Shown: positions 36,201 through 49,280 of the stretch, piece by piece | Layout of the letters: each line of letters opens with the position of its first letter | How positions within the stretch are numbered: the stretch's first letter is position 1 | DNA from: Mobula hypostoma | Lineage: Eukaryota | Direction: 5' to 3' | NCBI RefSeq assembly: GCF_963921235.1 | Contig: NC_086108.1 | Location: 86,492,001-86,556,000 of the forward strand | DNA: 64,000 nt | The notes under the pieces: model-generated | The model's input: the letters and a program-made list of their open reading frames with translations, nothing else | The model's database searches: none | What the model was told of the DNA's origin: nothing | Position numbers and translations under genes: made by a program

Positions 36201-39200
36201 CCGGAGTTCTGTGTCCCTGTCCAGGCTCTGGTTCCAGAGTTCTGTGTCACTACACCAGGCTCTGGTTCCGGAGTTCCGTGTCCCTGTCTAGGCTCTGGTT
36301 CCGGAATTCCGTGTCCCTGGCTAGGCTCTGGTTCCGGAGTTCTGTGTCCCTGTCCAGGCTCTGGTTCCGGAGTTCGGTGTCACTAGTCCAGGCTCTGGTT
36401 CCGGAGTTCTGTGTCCCTGTCCAGGCTCTGGTTCCGGAATTCCGTGTCCCTGGCTAGGCTCTGGTTCCGGAGTTCTGTGTCCCTGTCCAGGCTCTGGTTC
36501 CGGAGTTCGGTGTCACTAGTCCAGGCTCTGGTTCCGGAGTTCTGTGTCCCTGTCCAGGCTCTGGTTCCAGAGTTCTGTGTCACTACACCAGGCTCTGCTT
36601 CCGGAGTTCCGTGTCCCTGTCCAGCCTCTGGTTCCGGAGTTCCGTGTCACTAGTCCAGGCTCTGGTTCCGGAGTTCTGTGTCACTAATCCAGGCCCTGGT
36701 TCCGGAGTTCTGTGTCCCTATCCAGGCCCTGGTTCCAGAGTTCTATGTCCCTGTCCAGGCTCTGGTTCCGGAGTTCCATGTCACTAGTCCAGGCTCTGGT
36801 TCCGGAGTTCTGTGTTCCTGTCCAGGCTCTGATTCTGGAGTTCCATGTCACTAGTCCAGGTCTGGTTCTGGAGTTCTGTGTCACTAGTCCAGGCTCTGGT
36901 TCCGGAGTTCTGTGTCGCTGTCCAGGCTCTGGTTCCGGAGTTCCGTGTCCCTGTCCAGTCTCTGGTTCCGGAGTTCTGTGTCACTAGTCCAGGCTCTGGT
37001 TCCGGAGTTCTGTGTCACTAGTCCAGGCTCTGGTTCCGGAGTTCTGTGTCACTAATCCAGGCCCTGGTTCCGGAGTTCCGTGTCCCTGTCCAGGCTCTGG
37101 TTCCGGAGTTCTGTGTCACTAGTCCAGGCTCTGGTTCCGGAATTCCGTGTCCCTGTCTAGGCTCTGGTTCCGGAGTTCTGTGTCACTAGTCTAGGCTCTG
37201 GTTCCGGAGTTCTGTGTCAATAGTTCAGGCTCTGGTTCCAGAGTTCCGTGTCACTAGTCCAGGCTCTGGTTCTAGAGTTCTGTGTCACTAGTCCAGGCTC
37301 TGGTTCCGGAGTTCTGTGTCCCTGTCTAGGCTCTGTTCCGGAGTTCTGTGTCATAGTCCAGGCTCTGCTTCCGGAGTTCCGTGTCCCTGTCCAGGCTCTG
37401 GTTCCGGAGTTCTGTGTCCCTGTCCAGGCTCTGGTTCCGGAGTTCCGTGTCCCTGTCTAGGCTCTGGTTCCGGAGTTCTGTGTCCCTGTCCAGGCTCTGG
37501 TTCCGGAGTTCCTGGTCACTAGTCCAGGCTCTGGTTCCGGAGTACTGTGTCCCTCTCAAGGCTCTGGTTCCGGAGTTCTGTGTCCCTGTCCAGGCTCTGG
37601 TTCCGGAGTTCCATGTCACTAGTCCAGGCACTGGTTCCGGAGTTCCGTGTCACTAGTCCAGGCTCTGCTTCCGGAGTTCCGTGTCCCTGTCCAGGCTCTG
37701 GTTCCGGAGTTCTGTGTCACTAGTCCAGGCTCTGGTTCCGGAGTTCCGTGTCCCTGTCCAGGCCCCGGTTCCGGAGTTCCGTGTCCCTGTCCAGGCTCTG
37801 GTTCCGGAGTTCTGTGTCACTAGTCCAGGCTCTGGTTCCGGAGTTCTGTGTCACTCGTCCAGGCTCTGGTTCCGGAGTTCCATGTCCCTGTCCAGGCTCT
37901 GGTTCCGGAGTTCTGTGTCACTAGTCCAGGCTCTGGTTCCGGAGTTCCGTGTCACTAGTCCAGGCTCTGGTTCCGGAGTTCTGTGTCACTAATCCAGGCC
38001 CTGGTTCCGGAGTTCCGTGTCCCTGTCCAGGCTCTGGTTCCGGAGTTCTGTGTCACTAGTCCAGGCTCTGGTTCCGGAATTCCGTGTCACTGTCTAGGCT
38101 CTGGTTCCGGAGTTCTGTGTCACTAGTCTAGGCTCTGGTTCCAGAGTTCTGTGTCACTAGTTCAGGCTCTGGTTCCAGAGTTCCGTGTCACTAGTCCAGT
38201 CTCTGGTTCCAGAGTTCTGTGTCACTAGTCCAGGCTCTGGTTCCGGAGTTCTGTGTCCCTGTCTAGGCTCTGTTCCGGAGTTCTGTGTCACTAGTCCAGG
38301 CTCTGCTTCCGGAGTTCCGTGTCCCTGTCCAGGCTCTGGTTCCGGAGTTCTGTGTCACTAGTCCAGGCTCTGGTTCCGGAGTTCTGTGTCCCTGTCCAGG
38401 CTCTGGTTCCGGAGTTCCTGGTCACTAGTCCAGGCTCTGGTTCCGGAGTACTGTGTCCCTCTCAAGGCTCTGGTTCCGGAGTTCCGTGTCGCTAATCCAG
38501 GCCCTGGTTCCGGTGTTCCGTGTCACTAGTCCAGGCACTCGTTCCGGAGTTCCGTGTTACATAGTCCAGGCTATGGTTCCGGAGTTCTGTGTCCCTGTCC
38601 AGGCTCTGGTTCCGGAGTTCCATGTCACTAGTCCAGGCTCTGGTTCTGGAGTTCTGTGTCACTAGTCCAGGCCCTGGTTCCGGAGTTCCATGTCGCTGTC
38701 TAGGCTCTGGTTCCGGAGTTCTGTGTCACTAGTCCAGGCTCTGGTTCTGGAGTTCTGTGTCCCTGTCCAGGCTCTGGTTCCAGAGTTCCCTGTCACTAGT
38801 CCAGGCTCTAGTTCCGGAGTTCTGTGTCCCTGTCCAGGCCCTGGTTCTGGAGTTCTGTGTCCCTGTCCAGGCTCTGGTTCCGCAGTTCCTGGTCACTAGT
38901 CCAGGCTCTGGTTCCGGAGTACTGTGTCCCTCTCAAGGCTCTGGTTCCGGAGTTCCGTGTCGCTAATCCAGGCCCTGGTTCCGGAGTTCTGTGTCCCTGT
39001 CCAGGCTCTGGTTCCGGAGTTCCGTGTCACTAGTCCAGGCACTGGTTCCGGAGTTCCGTGTTACATAGTCCAGGCTATGGTTCCGGAGTTCTGTGTCCCT
39101 GTCCAGGCTCTGGTTCCGGAGTTCCATGTCACTAGTCCAGGCTCTGGTTCTGGAGTTCTGTGTCACTAGTCCAGGCCCTGGTTCCGGAGTTCCGTGTCGC

Positions 39201-42200
39201 TGTCCAGGCTCTGGTTCCGGAGTTCTGTGTCACTAGTCCAGGCTCTGGTTCTGGAGTTCTGTGTCCCTGTCCAGGCTCTGGTTCCGGAGTTCCCTCTCAC
39301 TAGTCCAGGCTCTAGTTCCGGAGTTCTGTGTCCCTGTCCAGGCCCTGGTTCTGGAGTACTGTGTCCCTGTCCAGGCTATGGTTCCGGAGTTCTGTGTCCC
39401 TGTCCAGGCTCTGGTTCCGGAGTTCCATGTCACTAGTCCAGGCTCTGGTTCTGGAGTTCTGTGTCACTAGTCCAGGCCCTGGTTCCGGAGTTCCGTGTCG
39501 CTGTCCAGGCTCTGGTTCCGGAGTTCTGTGTCACTAGTCCAGGCTCTGGTTCTGGAGTTCTGTGTCCCTGTCCAGGCTCTGGTTCCGGAGTTCCTCTCAC
39601 TAGTCCAGGCTCTAGTTACAGAGTTCTGTGTCCCTGTCCAGGCCCTGGTTCTGGAGTTCTGTGTCCCTGTCCAGGCTCTGGTTCAGGAGTTCCGTGTCAC
39701 TAGTCCAGGCACTGGTTCCGGAGTTCCGTGTTACATAGTCCAGGCTATGGTTCCGGAGTTCTGTGTCCCTGTCCAGGCGCTGGTTCCGGAGTTCCGTGTC
39801 CCTGTCCAGGCTCTGGTTCTGGAGTACAGTGTCACTAGTCCAGTCTCTGGTTCCGGAGTTCCGTGTCCCAGTCTAGGCTCTGGTTCCGGAATTCCGTGTC
39901 CCTGTCTAGCCTCTGGTTCCGGAGTTCTGTGTCCCTGTCCAGGCTCTGGTTCCGGAGTTCCGTGTCACTAGTCCAGGCTCTGGTTCCGGAGTTCTGTGTC
40001 CCTGTCCAGGCTCTGGTTCCAGAGTTCTGTGTCACTACACCAGGCTCTGGTTCCGGAGTTCCGTGTCCCTGTCTAGGCTCTGGTTCCGGAATTCCGTGTC
40101 CCTGGCTAGGCTCTGGTTCCGGAGTTCTGTGTCCCTGTCCAGGCTCTGGTTCCGGAGTTCTGTGTCACTAGTCCAGGCTCTGGTTCCGGAGTTCTGTGTC
40201 ACTCGTCCAGGCTCTGGTTCCGGAGTTCCGTGTCACTAGTCCAGGCTCTGGTTCCGGAGTTCTGTGTCCCTGTCCAGGCTCTGGTTCCGGAGTTCGGTGT
40301 CACTAGTCCAGGCTCTGGTTCCGGAGTTCTGTGTCCCTGTCCAGGCTCTGGTTCCAGAGTTCTGTGTCACTACACCAGGCTCTGCTTCCGGAGTTCCGTG
40401 TCCCTGTCCAGCCTCTGGTTCCGGAGTTCCGTGTCACTAGTCCAGGCTCTGGTTCCGGAGTTCCCTGTCACTAGTCCAGGCTCTAGTTCCGGAGTTCTGT
40501 GTCCCTATCCAGGCCCTGGTTCCAGAGTTCTATGTCCCTGTCCAGGCTCTGGTTCCGGAGTTCCATGTCACTAGTCCAGGCTCTGGTTCCGGAGTTCTGT
40601 GTTCCTGTCCAGGCTCTGATTCTGGAGTTCCATGTCACTAGTCCAGGCTCTGGTTCTGGAGTTCTGTGTCACTAGTCCAGGCTCTGGTTCCGGAGTTCTG
40701 TGTCGCTGTCCAGGCTCTGGTTCCGGAGTTCCGTGTCCCTGTCCAGGCTCTGGTTCCGGAGTTCTGTGTCACTAGTCCAGGCTCTGGTTCCGGAGTTCTG
40801 TGTCACTAGTCCAGGCTCTGGTTCCGGAGTTCTGTGTCACTAATCCAGGCCCTGGTTCCGGAGTTCCGTGTCCCTGTCCAGGCTCTGGTTCCGGAGTTCT
40901 GTGTCACTAGTCCAGGCTCTGGTTCCGGAATTCCGTGTCCCTCTCTAGGCTCTGGTTCCGGAGTTCTGTGTCACTAGTCTAGGCTCTGGTTCCGGAGTTC
41001 TGTGTCAANNNNNNNNNNNNNNNNNNNNNNNNNNNNNNNNNNNNNNNNNNNNNNNNNNNNNNNNNNNNNNNNNNNNNNNNNNNNNNNNNNNNNNNNNNNN
41101 NNNNNNNNNNNNNNNNNNNNNNNNNNNNNNNNNNNNNNNNNNNNNNNNNNNNNNNNNNNNNNNNNNNNNNNNNNNNNNNNNNNNNNNNNNNNNNNNNNNN
41201 NNNNNNNNTGTTCCGTGTCACTAGTCCAGGCACTGGTTCCGGAGTTCCGTGTTACATAGTCCAGGCTATGGTTCCGGAGTTCTGTGTCCCTGTCCAGGCT
41301 CTGGTTCCGGAGTTCCATGTCACTAGTCCAGGCTCTGGTTCTGGAGTTCTGTGTCACTAGTCCAGGCCCTGGTTCCGGAGTTCCATGTCGCTGTCCAGGC
41401 TCTGGTTCCGGAGTTCTGTGTCACTAGTCCAGGCTCTGGTTCTGGAGTTCTGTGTCCCTGTCCAGGCTCTGGTTCCGGAGTTCCCTGTCACTAGTCCAGG
41501 CTCTAGTTCCGGAGTTCTGTGTCCCTGTCCAGGCCCTGGTTCTGGAGTTCTGTGTCCCTGTCCAGGCTCTGGTTCCGCAGTTCCTGGTCACTAGTCCAGG
41601 CTCTGGTTCCGGAGTACTGTGTCCCTCTCAAGGCTCTGGTTCCGGAGTTCCGTGTCGCTAATCCAGGCCCTGGTTCCGGAGTTCTGTGTCCCTGTCCAGG
41701 CTCTGGTTCCGGAGTTCCGTGTCACTAGTCCAGGCACTGGTTCCGGAGTTCCGTGTTACATAGTCCAGGCTATGGTTCCGGAGTTCTGTGTCCCTGTCCA
41801 GGCTCTGGTTCCGGAGTTCCATGTCACTAGTCCAGGCTCTGGTTCTGGAGTTCTGTGTCACTAGTCCAGGCCCTGGTTCCGGAGTTCCGTGTCGCTGTCC
41901 AGGCTCTGGTTCCGGAGTTCTGTGTCACTAGTCCAGGCTCTGGTTCTGGAGTTCTGTGTCCCTGTCCAGGCTCTGGTTCCGGAGTTCCCTCTCACTAGTC
42001 CAGGCTCTGGTTCCGGAATTCCGTGTCCCTGTCCAGGCCCCGGTTCCGGAGTTCCGTGTCCCTGTCCAGGCTCTGGTTCCGGAGTTCTGTGTCACTAGTC
42101 CAGGCTCTGGTTCCGGAGTTCTGTGTCACTCGTCCAGGCTCTGGTTCCGGAGTTCCATGTCCCTGTCCAGGCTCTGGTTCCGGAGTTCTGTGTCACTAGT

Positions 42201-45200
42201 CCAGGCTCTGGGTCCGGAGTTCCGTGTCACTAGTCCAGGCTCTGGTCCCGGAGTTCTGTGTCACTAATCCAGGCCCTGGTTCCGGAGTTCCGTGTCGCTG
42301 TCCAGGCTCTGGTTCCGGAGTTCTGTGTCACTAGTCCAGGCTCTGGTTCCGGAGTTCTGTGTCACTAGTCTAGGCTCTGGTTCCAGAGTTCTGTGTCACT
42401 AGTTCAGGCTCTGGTTCCAGAGTTCCGTGTCACTAGTCCAGGCTCTGGTTCCAGAGTTCCGTGTCACTAGTCCAGGCTCTGGTTCCAGAGTTCTGTGTCA
42501 CTAGTCCAGGCTTTGGTTCCGGAGTTCTGTGTCCCTGTCTAGGCTCTGTTCCGGAGTTCTGTGTCACTAGTCCAGGCTCTGCTTCCGGAGTTCCGTGTCC
42601 CTGTCCAGGCTCTGGTTCCGGAGTTCTGTGTCACTAGTCCAGGCTCTGGTTCCGGAGTTCTGTGTCCCTGTCCAGGCTCTGGTTCCGGAGTTCCTGGTCA
42701 CTAGTCCAGGCTCTGGTTCCGGAGTACTGTGTCCCTCTCAAGGCTCTGGTTCCGGAGTTCCGTGTCGCTAATCCAGGCCCTGGTTCCGGTGTTCCGTGTC
42801 ACTAGTCCAGGCACTGGTTCCGGAGTTCCGTGTTACATAGTCCAGGCTATGGTTCCGGAGTTCTGTGTCCCTGTCCAGGCTCTGGTTCCGGAGTTCCATG
42901 TCACTAGTCCAGGCTCTGGTTCTGGAGTTCTGTGTCACTAGTCCAGGCCCTGGTTCCGGAGTTCCGTGTCGCTGTCTAGGCTCTGGTTCCGGAGTTCTGT
43001 GTCACTAGTCCAGGCTCTGGTTCTGGAGTTCTGTGTCCCTGTCCAGGCTCTGGTTCCGGAGTTCCCTGTCACTAGTCCAGGCTCTAGTTCCGGAGTTCTG
43101 TGTCCCTGTCCAGGCCCTGGTTCTGGAGTTCTGTGTCCCTGTCCAGGCTCTGGTTCCGCAGTTCCTGGTCACTAGTCCAGGCTCTGGTTCCGGAGTACTG
43201 TGTCCCTCTCAAGGCTCTGGTTCCGGAGTTCCGTGTCGCTAATCCAGGCCCTGGTTCCGGAGTTCTGTGTCCCTGTCCAGGCTCTGGTTCCGGAGTTCCG
43301 TGTCACTAGTCCAGGCACTGGTTCCGGAGTTCCGTGTTACATAGTCCAGGCTATGGTTCCGGAGTTCTGTGTCCCTGTCCAGGCTCTGGTTCCGGAGTTC
43401 CATGTCACTAGTCCAGGCTCTGGTTCTGGAGTTCTGTGTCACTAGTCCAGGACCTGGTTCCGGTGTTCCGTGTCGCTGTCCAGGCTCTGGTTCCGGAGTT
43501 CTGTGTCACTAGTCCAGGCTCTGGTTCTGGAGTTCTGTGTCCCTGTCCAGGCTCTGGTTCCGGAGTTCCCTCTCACTAGTCCAGGCTCTAGTTCCGGAGT
43601 TCTGTGTCCCTGTCCAGGCCCTGGTTCTGGAGTTCTGTGTCCCTGTCCAGGCTATGGTTCCGGAGTTCTGTGTCCCTGTCCAGGCTCTGGTTCCGGAGTT
43701 CCATGTCACTAGTCCACGCTCTGGTTCTGGAGTTCTGTGTCACTAGTCCAGGCCCTGGTTCCGGAGTTCCGTGTCGCTGTCCAGGCTCTGGTTCCGGAGT
43801 TCTGTGTCACTAGTCCAGGCTCTGGTTCTGGAGTTCTGTGTCCCTGTCCAGGCTCTGGTTCCGGAGTTCCCTCTCACTAGTCCAGGCTCTAGTTCCAGAG
43901 TTCTGTGTCCCTGTCCAGGCCCTGGTTCTGGAGTTCTGTGTCCCTGTCCAGGCTCTGGTTCAGGAGTTCCGTTTCACTAGTCCAGGCACTGGTTCCGGAG
44001 TTCCGTGTTACATAGTCCAGGCTCTGGTTCCGGAGTTCTGTGTCCCTGTCCAGGCTCTGGTTCCGGAGTTCCATGTCACTAGTCCAGGCTCTGGTTCTGG
44101 AGTTCTGTGTCACTAGTCCAGGCCCTGGTTCCGGAGTTCCATGTCGCTGTCCAGGCTCTGGTTCCGGAGTTCTGTGTCACTAGTCCAGGCTCTGGTTCTG
44201 GAGTTCTGTGTCCCTGTCCAGGCTCTGGTTCCGGAGTTCCCTGTCACTAGTCCAGGCTCTAGTTCCGGAGTTCTGTGTCCCTGTCCAGGCCCTGGTTCCG
44301 GAGTTCCGTGTCCCTGTCCAGGCTCTGGTTCCGCAGTTCCTGGTCACTAGTCCAGGCTCTGGTTCCGGAGTACTGTGTCCCTCTCAAGGCTCTGGTTCCG
44401 GAGTTCCGTGTCGCTAATCCAGGCCCTGGTTCCGGAGTTCTGTGTCCCTGTCCAGGCTCTGGTTCCAGAGTTCCGTGTCACTAGTCCAGGCACTGGTTCC
44501 GGAGTTCCGTGTTACATAGTCCAGGCTATGGTTCCGGAGTTCTGTGTCCCTGTCCAGGCTCTGGTTCCGGAGTTCCATGTCACTAGTCCAGGCTCTGGTT
44601 CTGGAGTTCTGTGTCACTAGTCCAGGCCCTGGTTCCGGAGTTCCGTGTCGCTGTCCAGGCTCTGGTTCCGGAGTTCTGTGTCAGTAGTCCAGGCTCTGGT
44701 TCTAGAGTTCTGTGTCCCTGTCCAGGCTCTGGTTCCGGAGTTCCCTCTCACTAGTCCAGGCTCTAGTTCCGGAGTTCTGTGTCCCTGTCCAGGCCCTGGT
44801 TCTGGAGTTCTGCGTCCCTGTCCAGGCTCTGGTTCCGCAGTTCTGTGTCCCTGTCCAGGCTCTGGTTCCGGAGTTCCATGTCACTAGTCCAGGCTCTGGT
44901 TCTGGAGTTCTGTGTCACTAGTCCAGGCTCTGGTTCCAGAGTTCTGTGTCCCTCTCCAGGCTCTGGTTCCGGAGTTCCGTGTCACTAGTCCAGGCTCTGG
45001 TTCCGGAGTTCCGAGTCACTAGTCCAGGCTCTGGTTCCGGAGTTCCATGTCACTAGTCCAGGCTCTGGTTCCGGAGTTCCGTGTCGCTGTCCAGGCTCTG
45101 GTTCCGGAGTTCTGTGTCACTAGTCCAGGCTCTGGTTCCGGAGTTCCGTGTCCCTGTCTAGGCTCTGGTTCCGGAATTCCGTGTCCCTGTCTAGGCTCTG

Positions 45201-46872
45201 GTTCCGGAGTTCTGTGTCCCTGTACAGGCTCTGGTTCCGGAGTTCGGTGTCACTAGTCCAGGCTCTGGTTCCGGAGTTCTGTGTCCCTGTCCAGGCTCTG
45301 GTTCCAGAGTTCTGTGTCACTACACCAGGCTCTGCTTCCGGAGTTCCGTGTCCCTGTCCAGGCTCTGGTTCCGGAGTTCCATGTCACTAGTCTAGGTCTG
45401 GTTCTGGAGTTCTGTGTCACTAGTCCAGGCTCTGGTTCCGGAGTTCTGTGTCCCTGTCCAGGCTCTGGTTCCAGAGTTCTGTGTCACTACACCAGGCTCT
45501 GCTTCCGGAGTTCTGTGTTCCTGTCCAGGCTCTGATTCTGGAGTTCCATGTCACTAGTCTAGGTCTGGTTCTGGAGTTCTGTGTCACTAGTCCAGGCTCT
45601 GGTTCCGGAGTTCTGTGTCGCTGTCCAGGCTCTGGTTCCGGAGTTCTGTGTCACTAGTCCAGGCTCTGGTTCCGTAGTTCCATGTCCCTGTCCAGGCCCC
45701 GGTTCCGGAGTTCTGTGTTCCTGTCCAGGCTCTGGTTCCGGAGTTCTGTGTCACTAGTCCAGGCTCTGGTTCCGGAGTTCTGTGTCACTCGTCCAGGCTC
45801 TGGTTCCGGAGTTCCATGTCCCTGTCCAGGCTCTGGTTCCGGAGTTCTGTGTCACTAGTCCAGGCTCTGGTTCCGGAGTTCCGTGTCACTAGTCCAGGCT
45901 CTGGTTCCGGAGTTCTGTGTCACTAATCCAGGCCCTGGTTCCGGAATTCCGTGTCCCTGTCCAGGCTCTGGTTCCGGAGTTCTGTGTCACTAGTCCAGGC
46001 TCTGGTTCCGGAGTTCTGTGTCCCTGTCCAGGCTCTGGTTCCGGAGTTCCGTGTCCCTGTCTAGGCTCTGGTTCCGGAGTTCCATGTCGCTAATCCAGGC
46101 CCTGGTTCCGGAGTTCTGTGTCCCTGTCCAGGCTCTGGTTCCGGAGTTCCATGTCACTAGTCCAGGCTCTGGTTCTGGAGTTCTGTGTCACTAGTCCAGG
46201 CCCTGGTTCCGGAGTTCCGTGTCGCTGTCCAGGCTCTGGTTCCGGAGTTCTGTGTCACTAGTCCAGGCTCTGGTTCTGGAGTTCTGTGTCCCTGTCCAGG
46301 CTCTGGTTCCGGAGTTCCCTGTCACTAGTCCAGGCTCTAGTTCCGGAGTTCTGTGTCCCTGTCCAGGCCCTGGTTCTGGAGTTCTGTGTCCCTGTCCAGG
46401 CTCTGGTTCCGCAGTTCTGTGTCCCTGTCCAGGCTCTGGTTCCGGAGTTCCATGTCACTAGTCCAGGCTCTGGTTCTGGAGTTCTGTGTCACTAGTCCAG
46501 GCTCTGTTTCCAGAGTTCTGTGTCCCTCTCCAGGCTCTGGTTCCAGAGTTCCGTGTCACTAGTCCAGGCTCTGGTTCCGGAGTTCCGAGTCACTAGTCCA
46601 GGCTCTGGTTCCGGAGTTCCATGTCACTAGTCCAGGCTCTGGTTCCGGAGTTCTGTGTCCCTGTCTAGGCTCTAGTTCCGGAGTTCTGTGTCCCTGTTCA
46701 GGCTCTGGTTCCGGAGTTCTGTGCCACTAGTCCAGGCTCTGGTTCCGGAGTTCTGTGTCCCTGTCTAGGTTCTAGTTCCAGAGTTCCGTGTCACTAGTCC
46801 AGGCTCTAGTTCCGGAGTTCTGGGTCCTTGTCCAGGCTCTGGTTCCAGAGTTCCGTGTCACTAGTCCAGGCT
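30233..46872. repeat. 33/34-bp tandem satellite, roughly 490 units, with higher-order repeats
   Basis: Monomer GTCCAGGCTCTGGTTCCGGAGTTC(T/C)GTGTC followed by CCT (33 bp) or ACTA (34 bp). The unit count is estimated as length divided by 33.5. Confidence 0.98.
41009..41208. other. Assembly gap (200 N) within the satellite
   Basis: Run of exactly 200 N, most likely a placeholder size. Confidence 0.98.
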
Positions 46873-48176
46873 CCTTGTTCCCAGTTCCTTGTCCTGGTCC
46901 CGCTTGCCAAGCCAATGTCCTAGCCCAAGTCTGTGTTCTTGTCCCAGCTCTCTAGTCAGGTCCTGTTCCTATTACTTCAGTGTCTGTGTCTTGCATTTGG
47001 GTCCGCCCCCAGTGCCCCCCGTTACGACACTCTATCAAGGCCTTTCTCCATTCTATAGGTTATATAGAATGCCTATTGACATTCAACAGCATTTTACTTC
47101 AATGTAAGTAAATTCTCACCATCTTCAATCTGTGGGCCTCTTTCATTAGGTGGTGTCAGCTCTGTTTAATGAAGATTGAGGGAGATGGGAAGATGCGATC
47201 TGCAATTCATGACATAATTTTATTTGTATTTTCAAATGATTAAAGGGCTGCAGTAGAAACACAGCAAAGAAGCAATGGGCCAGATGGCTCCTTTTATTCA
47301 GTGTTTAAAACATACTACAAACGTGTATTAGCGTAGGTCAGATTTTCATATCTGATAATATATTGATCTTTGGCTTGCAGTGCGAATGGTGTAAGCAGAA
47401 CAAACATAATCAGACCCATTCGAGTACCATCCACCAACTCCCTTCATTTGGTTGGCAAGAAGCATTAATTACTTTGATGTTAAGGTTTCATTTACATTCA
47501 AGTGACATCGGTTTAAGTGCAAATAGGTAGCTCTGAAATTGGGAGGTTTAAAAATATGGGAGCCATAACAGGTACTAAACTTAAGCTCTTAAGGGAAGCA
47601 TTGGCTGTTAGTGATTTTTTTTTAATGATGCCTCTATTGATTGATTGATATGCAAGTCAGCTTGTTAACAAACTGCCAGAATCCCATTGAATCCTAGCAA
47701 CAATCTTAGACATGGTTTGTAACAATTGGTGATGAGAGAAGACAGATGAACGCTGAAATAGAACATAGAACAGTACAGCACAGGAACAGGACCTTTGACC
47801 CACAATGTTGTCCTGAGTCAATTAAATTGGTAATTAAATGGCCAACAAGAAGCAGTGTAAGAAATGATGAAGGTATCATATACACACAGAGAACATTCTG
47901 GTGCTCAAGTATGAACACTGGAGGGGTTGTCTGTGTGTTCGTGAAGCAGGCAAGCTGGTATGCCAGCTTATATGTGAACAGCACAGGATTCCCTGTAGGT
48001 GAGAGAGTTAATGCTTCCACAGGGAGCAACTACCCACAAGGTTATTGAGAAACTGATTGTTACTTAACTTGCCTGCAAAGGCTCACTGGATTTTATTCCT
48101 GTAGTGTCCTCTCCTAACAGCAACCTACTAATTGGGAGTAAACTAGCAGTTGCTGAAGCTGTTGATGGTTGCTGAC

Positions 48177-49280
48177 TGTTATGTACCCCTGGGGTTCCTT
48201 TTTGCTGTGGATTGTCATTTTAAGGCACAAGAAAAAACTGAGACTAACTTTTGGATTTCTGTAGGGGGGGGTCGCAAAGTCCGCCTTTCAGCTCATGTTT
48301 ACACTTTTACAAGGACACTGACTACTGCTGTTAGCTTTTGGGTTGCCATGAAAACAGAGTTGTTCAACACAGGCACCTTGTTGAAAAGAGAGAGAAAGAA
48401 GGAGAGAAGGGCAAAGACTGCTCACAGTTGGTTTATACTTTCTACAAGGACACTGGCAGCTTCCAAGTTCTTACAGAGAGAGAAGGGAGGAGCTGCTTGA
48501 TGGACAGCTAGTATTCAGCACGGTGAGATAAACAGAAGGTCAGCTGTTACACCTACAGACACATGGTTTTGGACACTGAATGTGCTTTGTTGTGCCCACA
48601 GAAAAGGTGGGTGTTGGAGGATTGATCGGGTGGATCGATAAGTGGCTCTTGCGGTGTGAAAAGGGTGTGACGGGTGGGGAGTTATTCGTGTGTCCGACCC
48701 TCGCCTGGGTTGATAATTCCACCACAGAAGAACAGTCCCCTTTGTTGTGGTCACAGTCGGTGACTTCTGAAGAATTTTGAGGATTTTGGAGGACAATGGG
48801 AAGATTGACAGTGTCAGCTCACCTGAGGACTCCAATCTCTCCCTTTCTCTCCCTCTCCATCACTATTCAACTCAATACGACGAACCGAACTGAATTTTAC
48901 TCATCATCGTAAGACTATCTATTTACCCCTAGACATGAAGGGGCTTGGTTTTCATATATTTCCACACTTGTATATAATCATTGCTAACCTGTTTGATATA
49001 TCTACATTTATATTACTGTATTGCGTAGTTACTAATAAATCGTATTAGTTGATAGCAATACCAGACTCCAAAGTGTTTTCCATTTCTGCTGGATCTTTAA
49101 CCCGTCCCGGGTCCCTATCAAAATTGGGGCCTGCGTCCGGGATATGAACAAATTGGTGGGAGCCATTCTAAAAATTGTGTGGGGACTTGTTTGAATTGAT
49201 TGGGGGAAAATCCCTCTTGATTTGATTGTGTGGAAAAACAGCAGAAATGGACGTTAGTGTTGAGAGGCTTCTGTTGTATA
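48177..49280 (+). mobile_element. 5' LTR (48177-49120) with tRNA-Pro-like PBS and a truncated leader of an LTR element
   Basis: Starts TGTTAT; AATAAA near 49034; ends ..TATCA; followed by TGGGGCCTGCGTCCGGGAT (49125-49143), close to the tRNA-Pro PBS TGGGGGCTCGTCCGGGAT. Confidence 0.7.

Larger units (their letters stand above)
29185..47029 (+). mobile_element. Solo LTR inflated to ~17.8 kb by an internal satellite
   Basis: TGTCAT...ACGACA termini; perfect TSD CTCTA (29180-29184 and 47030-47034); 29185-30232 and 46873-47029 are homologous to the two parts of the LTR at 17940-19043. Confidence 0.92.

Noticed and set aside
30233..46872. CRISPR array, or Cys/Gly/Ser-rich repeat protein (CPCPGSGSGV ORFs)
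   Set aside because: Monomers are contiguous with no unique spacers and there are no cas genes. The 33/34-bp mix shifts frame and inserts TAG constantly, so the ORFs are artefacts.
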